Below are positions 22,044-30,569 of a stretch of DNA of 64,000 bases, in pieces. The DNA comes from Longimicrobiales bacterium. GTDB lineage: Bacteria; Gemmatimonadota; Gemmatimonadetes; Longimicrobiales; Gaopeijiaceae. A model generated the notes under the pieces. The model saw only the letters and a list, made by a program, of their open reading frames with translations, ran no database searches and was not told the origin of the DNA. The stretch lies in the NCBI GenBank assembly GCA_963664435.2, contig CAXXKM010000001.1, positions 160,001-224,000 on the forward strand, read 5' to 3'. Within the stretch, counting starts at the first letter, position 1. The number at the start of each line of letters is the position of its first letter. The translations under genes and the position numbers were made by a program.

Positions 22044-22085
22044 TACTGACATCTACTGATATCATAACTGCTATCTACTGACATA
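22044..22085. promoter_or_regulatory. AT-rich tract with four ~10-bp direct repeats (TACTGAYATC-like), putative operator
   Basis: TACTGACATC/TACTGATATC/ATAACTGCTATC/TACTGACATA in a divergent intergenic region. Confidence 0.5.
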
Positions 22086-22215
22086 TTTCGGAGGGTGATT
22101 CAACGTCCCGCCGTTGACGATCGGCGCTGTTACTACGCTGCGGTCTCCGATCGCCAGCCGGCTGGTCTCGCCGCCCCTCTCCAACGCCAGACGGATTGAG
22201 ACGGAGGAAACACAC

Positions 22216-23409
22216 ATGGGTCAGGAAACCACGGCACTCATCACCGATCCGATGGGGGTATTCGGCTTCCTGGCCGCCCTCGTGGCGCTGGTCTTCTGGG
22301 TCTCGGAACTGCCCCGCTTCCGCAAGGTGTTCGAGGTCGTCCCGCCGGTCATCTACGTCTACTTCCTGCCCATGCTGGCGACGACCGCCGGGATCACCCC
22401 CGCCGAATCCCCGCTCTACGGCTGGACGGTGCCCTACCTGCTCCTCTTCGCACTCCTGATGCTGATGGTCTCGGTGGACCTGGGGAGCGTCGTCAAGCTG
22501 GGGGGCACGGCGCTCTTCATGGTGGCGGCCGGCACCGTGGGGATCATCATCGGGGGCCCGATTTCGCTCCTGATCTTCGGGGACATGCTGCCACCCGACG
22601 CGTGGACCGGCTTCGCGGCGCTCTCCGGCAGCTGGATCGGGGGAACCGCCAACATGGTGGCCATCGCCGAAAGCGTCGGCACGTCGCCCGACGCCATGGG
22701 GCCGGCGATCGTGGTCGACACCGTGGTCGGATACGGATGGATGGGCGTGCTGATCGCGATGGTCGGGCTGCAGGGGCGTTTCGACCGGCGCACCCGGGCG
22801 CGCACCGAGGCGATCGAGGAGACCAACCGCCGCCTGGAGGCCATCAACCGGGAACGCCGCCCGATGTCGATGCGCGACGCGGTCATCATGATCGGGTTCG
22901 GGATGGCGTGCGCGGTGGGCGCCCGGCAGGTCGGCGCGATGCTCCCGGCCGTCGGTGATCCCACCATCATCAGCGGCACCACCTGGGCCATCCTGATCGT
23001 CGTGACCGGCGGACTGATCCTGTCCTTCACCCGGCTGAGGGAACTGGAGAGCGTAGGGGCGTCACACCTGGGCTACACGGCGCTCTACCTGCTGCTGGCC
23101 GGGATTGGGGCCCAGGCCGACCTGAGGGCCGTGCTCCAGACTCCTGTCTACCTCGCGGCGGGAGCCGTGTGGATCGCGATCCACCTGGCGGTGCTGCTGA
23201 TCGCCGCCCGCATCGTGCGCGCGCCCCTGTTCTTCGTGGCCACCGGGAGCATGGCCAACGTCGGCGGGGCGGCGTCCGCGCCGGTGGTCGCGGGGGTGTA
23301 CCACCGGGCGATGGCCCCGATCGGGCTGCTCATGGCCGTGGCGGGCTACATCCTGGGCATCTACGGGGCGCTCGCGTGTGCGTGGCTGCTGGGTCAGGTG
23401 GGAGGATGA
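22216..23409 (+). CDS. DUF819 family membrane protein
   Basis: LSGSWIGGTANMVAI, GSMANVGGAASAPVVA; many TM segments; GGAGG RBS before ATG 22216. Confidence 0.88.
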   Translation: MGQETTALITDPMGVFGFLAALVALVFWVSELPRFRKVFEVVPPVIYVYFLPMLATTAGITPAESPLYGWTVPYLLLFALLMLMVSVDLGSVVKLGGTALFMVAAGTVGIIIGGPISLLIFGDMLPPDAWTGFAALSGSWIGGTANMVAIAESVGTSPDAMGPAIVVDTVVGYGWMGVLIAMVGLQGRFDRRTRARTEAIEETNRRLEAINRERRPMSMRDAVIMIGFGMACAVGARQVGAMLPAVGDPTIISGTTWAILIVVTGGLILSFTRLRELESVGASHLGYTALYLLLAGIGAQADLRAVLQTPVYLAAGAVWIAIHLAVLLIAARIVRAPLFFVATGSMANVGGAASAPVVAGVYHRAMAPIGLLMAVAGYILGIYGALACAWLLGQVGG

Positions 23410-24071
23410 CTCGGGCACCGATGTGCCTGCTCCTGCTCGCCGCCGCCTGCTCCCCTGCCCCGGCCGACCCCGACCCCGCGCTCGTCGAGGCGATCGACTG
23501 GTACACGGGGGTGGCGGGAAGCGTCGACGACGCCCGTGCCCACGAACTGCTCGAACAGGCGGTCGACCGCGGGGGCCCGCTCGAGCTGATGTGGCTGGCG
23601 CGCGTCCACTCCACCGGCCGGATGGGGTTCCCCCGCGACGAGGATCGGGCGCGCGGGATCGCCGCGGAGGTCATCGAGGAAGTGGAGCGCGCGGCCGAGG
23701 CGGGCGTGCTGGAGGCCGTCTTCCTGATGGGCACCGCCTACGACGAGGGGCTGGGCAAGCCGGTCGATCCCGGGCAGGCCGCGGTCTGGCACCGCCGGGC
23801 CGCCGAGCGGCGGCATGTGCTCGGGGCCCACAACCTGGGGAATCAGTACGCTGCCGGACGGGGGGTGGAGGAGGACCCCGCCCTGGCGGCGGAATGGTGG
23901 CTGCGGGCCGCCGAACGGGGGGACGCCATCACCCAGCTCCGGCTCGGCGAGGCCTACGAGTCAGGCCGGGGTGTACCCCTCGACCTGGATCGGGCGCGGG
24001 AGTGGTACGGCCGCGCGGCCGCGGCGGGAAACGCGCAGGCGCGGGAGGCGCTGGAGCGGCTGGAGGGGTAG
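23406..24071 (+). CDS. Sel1-repeat (SLR) lipoprotein
   Basis: Repeated LG..Y..G.GV..D...A..W...AA..G...A units; lipobox AAAC; ATGA overlap with the upstream gene. Confidence 0.9.
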   Translation: MTRAPMCLLLLAAACSPAPADPDPALVEAIDWYTGVAGSVDDARAHELLEQAVDRGGPLELMWLARVHSTGRMGFPRDEDRARGIAAEVIEEVERAAEAGVLEAVFLMGTAYDEGLGKPVDPGQAAVWHRRAAERRHVLGAHNLGNQYAAGRGVEEDPALAAEWWLRAAERGDAITQLRLGEAYESGRGVPLDLDRAREWYGRAAAAGNAQAREALERLEG

Positions 24072-24089
24072 GGGTCTCGACTCAGCCTG

Positions 24090-24130
24090 ATTGACAAAAT
24101 AACGACTCTGTCGTCATTTTACCCGTCAAT
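24090..24130 (+). promoter_or_regulatory. TTGACA promoter element inside an imperfect palindrome directly before the ATPase ATG
   Basis: ATTGAC-AAAATAACGAC-TCT-GTCGTCATTTT-ACCC-GTCAAT, then ATG at 24131. Confidence 0.6.
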
Positions 24131-25294
24131 ATGACGACTCTAGCGCGATTTTTCACGGTTCCGCGCGGCAGCTTCTTCCTCTTCGGCCCGCGCGGGACGG
24201 GCAAGACCACCTGGTTGCGCGAAGCACTCCCGGACGCACTCTTGGTGGACCTGCTCCGTGCGGAGGAATATCGACGGCTTGCCGCTCGCCCGGAGCGGTT
24301 GCGTGAGTTGGTCCGCGCCGTTCCACCCGGCGGAGATATCGTGGTGGACGAGATCCAGCGCGTCCCCGAGCTGCTCAACGTGGTGCACGAACTTATGGCG
24401 ATGAGGTCCGGCCACCGCTTCGTGCTGACGGGATCCAGCGCCCGGACGCTGCGTCGCGGTGGGGTCAACCTCCTGGCGGGCCGCGCGATCGTACGCACGA
24501 TGCACCCCTTCATGGCCGGGGAGCTGGGGTCCGCGTTCGACCTTGCGACGGCCCTCACGCTGGGAACCGTCCCGACCGTCCTCTCGTCCGAAGATCCCGC
24601 GTCCGCGCTGACCGCCTACGCGTCCCTCTACGTCGAGCAGGAAGTTCGCGCCGAGGGCTTGGTTCGGGACGTGGGCAGCTTCTCGCGGTCCCTCGAAGCC
24701 GCTGCATTCTCCCACGCCGCGACGCTGAACGTGAGCGAAATCGCCCGCGAATGCGAGACGAGCCGGTCCACCGTCTCCGGCTACCTCGAGTTGCTCGAGG
24801 ATCTCCTGCTGGCATTCCGCCTTCCGGTCTTCACACGGAGGGCCAAGCGGCGCCTCGTGGCACATCCCCGCTTCTTCTACTTCGACTGCGGCGTATTCAG
24901 GAACCTGCGTCCCTCGGGACCTCTCGACCGGCCCGAAGAGATCGCGGGTCCGGCGCTCGAGGGGCTGGTCGCGCAGCATCTGCGCGCGTGGCTGGCCTAC
25001 TCCGAAACGGACGGAAGGCTGTACTACTGGCGCACCCGGACGGGCGCCGAGGTCGATTTCGTCCTCTACGGGACCCTCGGCATCTGGGGCATCGACGTCA
25101 TGAACGCCGCACGCATCCGTCCTGCCGATCTCCGGGGACTCGGGGCCTTCGGTGACGAGTATCCCGAAGCCCGCCGGATCCTGCTCTACCGTGGCGAGCA
25201 TCGGCTGGTTCGGAATGGCGTGCTCTGCCTTCCCGTCGATGCGTTTCTGGCCGGACTTGGTCCGTCGAGCGCATTGGAGGACATGGTCGGATAG
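24131..25294 (+). CDS. AAA_14 ATPase with C-terminal DUF4143 domain
   Basis: GPRGTGKTT, VDEIQRVP, LTGSSAR, LAGRA, PRFFYFDCGV, YYWRT..GAEVDFV. Confidence 0.9.
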   Translation: MTTLARFFTVPRGSFFLFGPRGTGKTTWLREALPDALLVDLLRAEEYRRLAARPERLRELVRAVPPGGDIVVDEIQRVPELLNVVHELMAMRSGHRFVLTGSSARTLRRGGVNLLAGRAIVRTMHPFMAGELGSAFDLATALTLGTVPTVLSSEDPASALTAYASLYVEQEVRAEGLVRDVGSFSRSLEAAAFSHAATLNVSEIARECETSRSTVSGYLELLEDLLLAFRLPVFTRRAKRRLVAHPRFFYFDCGVFRNLRPSGPLDRPEEIAGPALEGLVAQHLRAWLAYSETDGRLYYWRTRTGAEVDFVLYGTLGIWGIDVMNAARIRPADLRGLGAFGDEYPEARRILLYRGEHRLVRNGVLCLPVDAFLAGLGPSSALEDMVG

Positions 25295-25345
25295 CCGTCC
25301 GTGCCGGCTCGCCACCGGTACTCCGGCTGTCCCGCGCCCAGGCAA

Positions 25346-25762
25346 TCAGCGCAGGTCCCGGGGCCAGATCGCCGGCTGGCCCTTCAGCTTGACGGCTCCG
25401 AAGTCGCGCAGATCCAGCGTTGCGATCGCCTGCGCTTCCAACCGCTCCGCTACCGCCATGACGACGCCGTCGACCAGCCCGAACGAGAGGCTACGATGGG
25501 CGCGGTCGAGCTCCAGCGCCCTCCGCACATCGGACCAGCCACCCCATTCGACGGCGAAGCAGCCTTCCTCCAGGTCGGCGTGGAATGCCCTGTGCACGGC
25601 GGGGCCGACCGTGCGGGGAATCATGTAGTCCAACTCGGGGAGGATCGCCCACGGCAATACCCACTGGTCCCGGCAGGCACGGAACGCCTCCGCCAACGCC
25701 CCGTGGGAACGACTCCCCCGATCGAGAAGTCCCAGCAGCGCACTTGTGTCGGCCACGATCAC
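25346..25762 (-). CDS. vapC: PIN-domain toxin (VapC)
   Basis: IVADTSAL, ILPELDY, LVDGVVMAVAERL, IATLD.RDF give the PIN acidic residues; GTGA overlap with the antitoxin. Confidence 0.9.
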   Translation of the reverse strand: MIVADTSALLGLLDRGSRSHGALAEAFRACRDQWVLPWAILPELDYMIPRTVGPAVHRAFHADLEEGCFAVEWGGWSDVRRALELDRAHRSLSFGLVDGVVMAVAERLEAQAIATLDLRDFGAVKLKGQPAIWPRDLR

Positions 25763-26073
25763 GGGGCCGGATCCCCGGGCTCAGGGTGCGGGCGGTGCTC
25801 GGCGGCCGGTGCCGTGCCACGGTCCTCGGCGTCTGTAAGACCCTCTGCGCCGAAGCCGTCCAACATGTCCTCGTACCTCTCGGCCAGGTCGGCGACGCCG
25901 CTGTCTCCCATGCCGATGGACCGTGGCCATCGACGCTCGGTTGCGCGAGCCGCATACTCGGCCACCGCCTCGCGAACCAGCTCCGCCGCCGAACGCTTCT
26001 GGTCGGCCGCCAGCGACTTGAGCGTGCGGTAGTCGGCCGCATCCAGGTACACGGTGGTCTTGATCGTCTTCAT
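25759..26073 (-). CDS. vapB: CopG/ribbon-helix-helix antitoxin (VapB)
   Basis: From ATG 26073: MKTIKTTVYLDAADYRTLKSLAADQKRSAAELVREAVAEY..PRSIGMGDSG; directly upstream of the PIN gene. Confidence 0.88.
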   Translation of the reverse strand: MKTIKTTVYLDAADYRTLKSLAADQKRSAAELVREAVAEYAARATERRWPRSIGMGDSGVADLAERYEDMLDGFGAEGLTDAEDRGTAPAAEHRPHPEPGDPAP

Positions 26074-26076
26074 GGG

Positions 26077-26104
26077 GTATGGTATATGGTAACCATATGT
26101 ATGG
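26077..26104 (-). promoter_or_regulatory. Putative vapBC operator (palindrome plus CCATA repeats)
   Basis: ATATGG-TAA-CCATAT inverted repeat at 26084-26098 flanked by GTATGG repeats, 10 nt before the vapB ATG. Confidence 0.6.
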
Positions 26105-26117
26105 CAACTACGGCAGC

Positions 26118-29100
26118 CTATTCCAGCAAACCAGCCAGCGCCGAAGCTCCCTCCAGGCCCGCGTCGGAGCGTGCAAGTTCCTGCCGCTGCGCGCGGGAGA
26201 GCCAAGTCACCTGGCTGCCCGTCGCACCTCGCGTGACGGCGAGCACGTCGTCGATCTGTTCCGCGACGGCGGCAACATGAGAGATCACGCCCACCATCCG
26301 ACCTTTGCCCGCGACCAGCGAGAGAGCCTCGATGGCCGAGTCGAGGTTGCTGCGGTCCAGCGATCCGAAGCCCTCGTCCAGGAAGAGCGACTCCAGGCGG
26401 CCGCCGCTCCGGGCCATCATCTCCACCATGCCGAGCGCGAGCGCAAGCGACCCGATGAACTGTTCCCCGCCCGAGAGGCTGGCAGGTGAGCGCGCCTGCC
26501 CCGAGTCGTTGTCGACGACCAGCCACTGCTGGTCCGCCAGGTCGCCCGGGTCGGCGAAGGCGTAGCGGCCCGCCGTCATCTCCTCCAGCATCCTGGACGC
26601 GTACACCAGCAGGTCGCGCGAACGCCGCAGCGTGAGCCACTTGAGGAATGCACCCGGCTTGAGCGCGGCGTCGAGGTCGCCCAGAGCGAGCTCAAGTGCG
26701 GCGACCTCGTTGGCGGTCTGGCGGAGTTTCAGGAGGTCGTCGAGGATCGCGGCGAAGGCGTCCAGAGCCTCCTTCGCGGTCCGGGCGTTGAAGTCTGCTT
26801 CGGTAGCAGCCCTTCCGGTGAATTGGACCAGGGCGTCGAGGTCGGTCGGGTCGGCGGAAGGGTCGAGTTGCTCGGCGATCTTTCGGGCCTCGCTTTGGGC
26901 CTCTTCGACGGCAGCGAGAGCGCGCCGGCGCTGGTCCGCGGCCAGCGCCACCGCCTCGGCCATCGCTTCGCGGAGGTGGCCGATCCCCTCCCGTAGCGAC
27001 TCCGCGTCCACCGGGTAGTAGATGGCCGCGGGGACCGAGATGTCAGCAGCCAAGTCGCGAACAGCGTCCGCCAGAGCGGTTCGGTGGTCGGCCAGTGCCC
27101 GCACCAGGGCCTGTAGAGGTTCCTCGACCTCGGTTTTGCGGGTTTCCTCGAGACCTCGGAGCTCGGTTCTGGTCTCTTCGATCTTGGTGCCAAGGCGTTT
27201 CCGGTTCCGCTCGCGCTGCTGAAGGATCTTCTCGCGCTCCCCGGCGGCGTAGGAGGCGCGGTCGACAGGTGTGATATCGACCGTCTCCAGTTCCACGGGG
27301 TCGGACGGAAAAACCAGTCGGGGGCGGTATGGCGGGACGATGGATTGGATGCTCCGGTTCAGGGCGCCGAGAGCTTCGCCAGCCGTGTCCCGGATGCTGT
27401 CGAGGTTGCTCCGTGCGTGCACGTGTGTCTGCCTGGCCGAGGCCTCTGCGATCCGCGCATTTGTCTGCGTTTCGCCCAGCCTGTGGGCCTCGGTGCTGTG
27501 CTCGCTCAGCTTCGCATCGGCTTCTTCCAGTTGCCGCTGAACCGGGGCAAGGACCTGTTCCCGGTCCGGCAACGCCGCGTCCACTGAGAGCGAGGGGGCG
27601 TCGTCCAGCCCGGCGGCGGTGAGAAGTTGGTTAAGGGCGCCAGAATACTTGGACCGGAGATCACCTAATTCTTTCCTGATATCCCCTATCCGCTGCTGGC
27701 CGGATTCCTGCTTCGTCTCGAGATTGGTCACGATTCCGCTCGCCTCTTCGGTCTGCGACCTCGCCGCCTCCCGCGCCTCGCGCGCCGCATCCAGACCGGT
27801 GTCCTGTGGCGGCGTCCAACCCTGGGGGAGGTCGCTTTGGCAAACGGGACATTCGTCGCCCGGACAGAGATCGTGGGCGGCGGCCGCGGCGGCGTTGGTG
27901 CGCTGCGCCTCGCTTAGTTCCCGTTCGGCTCGTCGCAGGCGCTCTCGCGCCTCCTGGAGATCACGCCGCGCGCTGTCCAACCGTGTGATGACCTCGTCCA
28001 CTCCCTGCTCCTGCCCGGCCAACGCCTCCTCCGTCGAGCGCCTGCGATCTCGAAGGTCGCTGCACTTCTCATACTGGCGCTCGGCCGTCACCAGGAGTTC
28101 ACGGGCGGAGCGGCAGGCTTGGACGAAGGGCGGCTCCAGTGCCTGGTGCTCCGTCACCCGATCCGTGGCCGATGTGAGGGCTCGCTGCGCATTGGCATGT
28201 GCCCGCTCCGCCTCGGCCTCGTCGGCGATCGCCTCACGCAGCGTCGCGGCCGCACTGACAGCATTGAGCACCTGCGCCGGAATCGCGTCCAGCGCGTCCA
28301 GCGTGCGTGCGATCTCGTGATGGTCGGGGCCGTCGTCCGTAGGAATCCCGTTCAGCTCTCGCTTCAAGCTGGCCTTTTGGCCCTCCAGTTCCGTCGTCTC
28401 GGCTTCTATCCGGCGCTGCTCGATCTCCACCGGAGCAAGCTGATCCGTCAGTTTGTCCATCGCTGCCGGGATCACGCTCTCGCTCGCTTTCCCGGCCGCT
28501 GCGATCGTCTCCTCGGAGGTGCGGAGGGTATCCCGGGCCTGCGTAGATCGGTCCCGGAGGCCGGCCAAGGCACCCGCCTTAAGGCTCGCCGCCTCGGCCT
28601 TGGAGGTCAGATCGGCCAAGTGCTCCTCGGGGTCATCCGGATGCCGTTGCACCTCATCCTGCAGCCGAAGTCCCAGCATTCCGACCTCGCCCAGCCGCCG
28701 CCCGGCCACCTCACCCGCCGCCTCCAGGTCCTGGGTGCGCCAGACCTGGCGCAGGATCTCGGTGCGCGCGGACGGTGCGTCTTCGACCAGAAGACGGGCG
28801 AAGCGGCCCTGCGGCAGGATCACGGTGCGGAGGAAGGCGTCGCTGTCGAGTCCGATCAACGCCTGAACACGGTTGTTGACCGGCTTGACCTTCTCGACCT
28901 TCTCCAGCGTCTCGCCGTCTGGCCCGTAGCGAACGAGCTGCGCCCGGGGAGGGCCAAGCCCCCCTGCCCCCGTGCGCCGGTCCACCCTTGTGACTTCCCA
29001 CTCTCCGCCAGCCACCCGGAAGCGCAGCACGACGCGCATGACGTCCGACGTGTCGTTCATCAACTCCTGTTTGGACCGCCCCCCGAGCGAGGTCTGTCCG

Positions 29101-29249
29101 TACAGGGCGTAAGTCATCGCCTCGAGGATCGAGGACTTCCCGGCGCCGGTGTCGCCGATCACGGCGATCTGGGTGCGGTCGCCGAAGTCGATGCCGACCT
29201 CGGCCCGGAAGGAACGCAGTCCCTCGATGGTGATTCGAAGCGGGCGCAT
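26118..29249 (-). CDS. sbcC: SbcC/Rad50 family SMC-like ATPase
   Basis: Walker A GDTGAGKS, Q-loop LPQGRF, central zinc hook CPVC between coiled coils, LSGGE, LFLDEGFGSLD, ISH. Confidence 0.95.
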   Translation of the reverse strand: MRPLRITIEGLRSFRAEVGIDFGDRTQIAVIGDTGAGKSSILEAMTYALYGQTSLGGRSKQELMNDTSDVMRVVLRFRVAGGEWEVTRVDRRTGAGGLGPPRAQLVRYGPDGETLEKVEKVKPVNNRVQALIGLDSDAFLRTVILPQGRFARLLVEDAPSARTEILRQVWRTQDLEAAGEVAGRRLGEVGMLGLRLQDEVQRHPDDPEEHLADLTSKAEAASLKAGALAGLRDRSTQARDTLRTSEETIAAAGKASESVIPAAMDKLTDQLAPVEIEQRRIEAETTELEGQKASLKRELNGIPTDDGPDHHEIARTLDALDAIPAQVLNAVSAAATLREAIADEAEAERAHANAQRALTSATDRVTEHQALEPPFVQACRSARELLVTAERQYEKCSDLRDRRRSTEEALAGQEQGVDEVITRLDSARRDLQEARERLRRAERELSEAQRTNAAAAAAHDLCPGDECPVCQSDLPQGWTPPQDTGLDAAREAREAARSQTEEASGIVTNLETKQESGQQRIGDIRKELGDLRSKYSGALNQLLTAAGLDDAPSLSVDAALPDREQVLAPVQRQLEEADAKLSEHSTEAHRLGETQTNARIAEASARQTHVHARSNLDSIRDTAGEALGALNRSIQSIVPPYRPRLVFPSDPVELETVDITPVDRASYAAGEREKILQQRERNRKRLGTKIEETRTELRGLEETRKTEVEEPLQALVRALADHRTALADAVRDLAADISVPAAIYYPVDAESLREGIGHLREAMAEAVALAADQRRRALAAVEEAQSEARKIAEQLDPSADPTDLDALVQFTGRAATEADFNARTAKEALDAFAAILDDLLKLRQTANEVAALELALGDLDAALKPGAFLKWLTLRRSRDLLVYASRMLEEMTAGRYAFADPGDLADQQWLVVDNDSGQARSPASLSGGEQFIGSLALALGMVEMMARSGGRLESLFLDEGFGSLDRSNLDSAIEALSLVAGKGRMVGVISHVAAVAEQIDDVLAVTRGATGSQVTWLSRAQRQELARSDAGLEGASALAGLLE

Positions 29250-29253
29250 CCGG

Positions 29254-30561
29254 TCAGTCGTCCCCTTGGCGGCCGGGTTCGCTCGTGTGCGACCTGCCGC
29301 GGTTCCCGGCTACACCGCTTCCGGATCCCCCACGCAGCGCGGCCATGACTCCCTCCGCACGCATTGTGAGTTCGGTTAACCCGAAGTCCGGCCCCTTCTC
29401 GTCCCCCGACCCGGCGACGGCTTCGCGAAAGAGCGCCAGCACCGTGTCCCGGGGCGCCTTCTTGGCCCTGCTCGTCGCCGCCGTGCACCGCCACTCGACG
29501 AAGAAAGCTTCCATGGAGGGCTCGTCACCGTCCTCCGTCCCTGAGATCGGCTTGACGGGCCGGTTGGCCACTTCGTTCACCAGGTTGAAGATCACGCACT
29601 CGGGCGACCACTCGGCCACCTGGTCCGCCAGTTCGGGGATCGGATCGTCGGACTTGACCACAGCTTTGAGGAAACAGCTGTCCAACGCCCCGTTCGCCGC
29701 CCGCGCCTCCAGTTCCTGGAACGACCCGGTGAAGCTCCGCAGCGGCCGCCCCGGGGGCAGTTCCCGTTCGCCGATCCGAACGTCGTCGCCGATCGTGACC
29801 ACGACCGCGTGCTTGCTCTGGCCACTCTCGCCGTAGTCCAGCGGGATGAGCGACCCCGCGTACCGGCCACGTGCGCTTCCCGGAAGCTGCTGCGGGTCGT
29901 GGATGTGCCCGAAGGCGCAGTAGAGCGCGCGGTGCAGCCCCCTCGTGTGGGTGGCGTGGTCCCTGCCGACGGTGAACCGCCGCTCGGAGTTGCCGGGCCG
30001 CGCCCCGTCGACGTGCAGGTGCGCCGCATAGAGGACGATGCCTTGCTGGCCCGCAACGTCGCGCGCGCGCCCGACCACGTGATCGTTGAGGTTGCGGATG
30101 CCGTCGGCGTAGTCGCCCTCGAAGCGGGAGGCGTCGCCGGTGGCGTAGTCGGTGATCGCACCGGGGGGAATGAAGGGGACGCACGCGAGCGCGACGGGGA
30201 CCTCTGCGAGATCGTCGAACTCCAGGACGCGCGGCGAGGTGACGAACCAGAGGCGGCGGGGCGAGGCCATGCCCGCCATGTCGTCCAGTACATTAAACAG
30301 GGCGGTCGAGTCGTGGTTGCCGCTGATCACGACGGTCGGTGCGATCCTCGCCAGCCGCTGCAGGGCCGTGACCCCGAGCCGCAGCGCCGGGTAGGGAGGT
30401 CGGTAGGCGTCGAAGAGGTCGCCTGCGTGAATGATCAGGTCGGGCTGCTCGGAGGCGGCCACGTCCAGGAGCGCACGCAGCGCCGCTTGGTGGTCCTGCA
30501 TCCGGTCGTGGCGTCCCAGCTTCGCGCCGAGATGCCAGTCTGCTGTGTGAAGCAGCTTCAC
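29254..30561 (-). CDS. sbcD: SbcD/Mre11 metallophosphoesterase nuclease
   Basis: LLHTADWHLG, AGDLFD, SGNHD, AHLH, FGHIH.PQ, YAGS...DYGE. Confidence 0.95.
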   Translation of the reverse strand: MKLLHTADWHLGAKLGRHDRMQDHQAALRALLDVAASEQPDLIIHAGDLFDAYRPPYPALRLGVTALQRLARIAPTVVISGNHDSTALFNVLDDMAGMASPRRLWFVTSPRVLEFDDLAEVPVALACVPFIPPGAITDYATGDASRFEGDYADGIRNLNDHVVGRARDVAGQQGIVLYAAHLHVDGARPGNSERRFTVGRDHATHTRGLHRALYCAFGHIHDPQQLPGSARGRYAGSLIPLDYGESGQSKHAVVVTIGDDVRIGERELPPGRPLRSFTGSFQELEARAANGALDSCFLKAVVKSDDPIPELADQVAEWSPECVIFNLVNEVANRPVKPISGTEDGDEPSMEAFFVEWRCTAATSRAKKAPRDTVLALFREAVAGSGDEKGPDFGLTELTMRAEGVMAALRGGSGSGVAGNRGRSHTSEPGRQGDD

Positions 30562-30569
30562 GGCGCGTC

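Noticed and set aside
26074..26640. 293-aa version of the antitoxin ORF
   Set aside because: The upstream part overlaps the sbcC 3' end; the RHH domain begins at ATG 26073 after an AT-rich operator.
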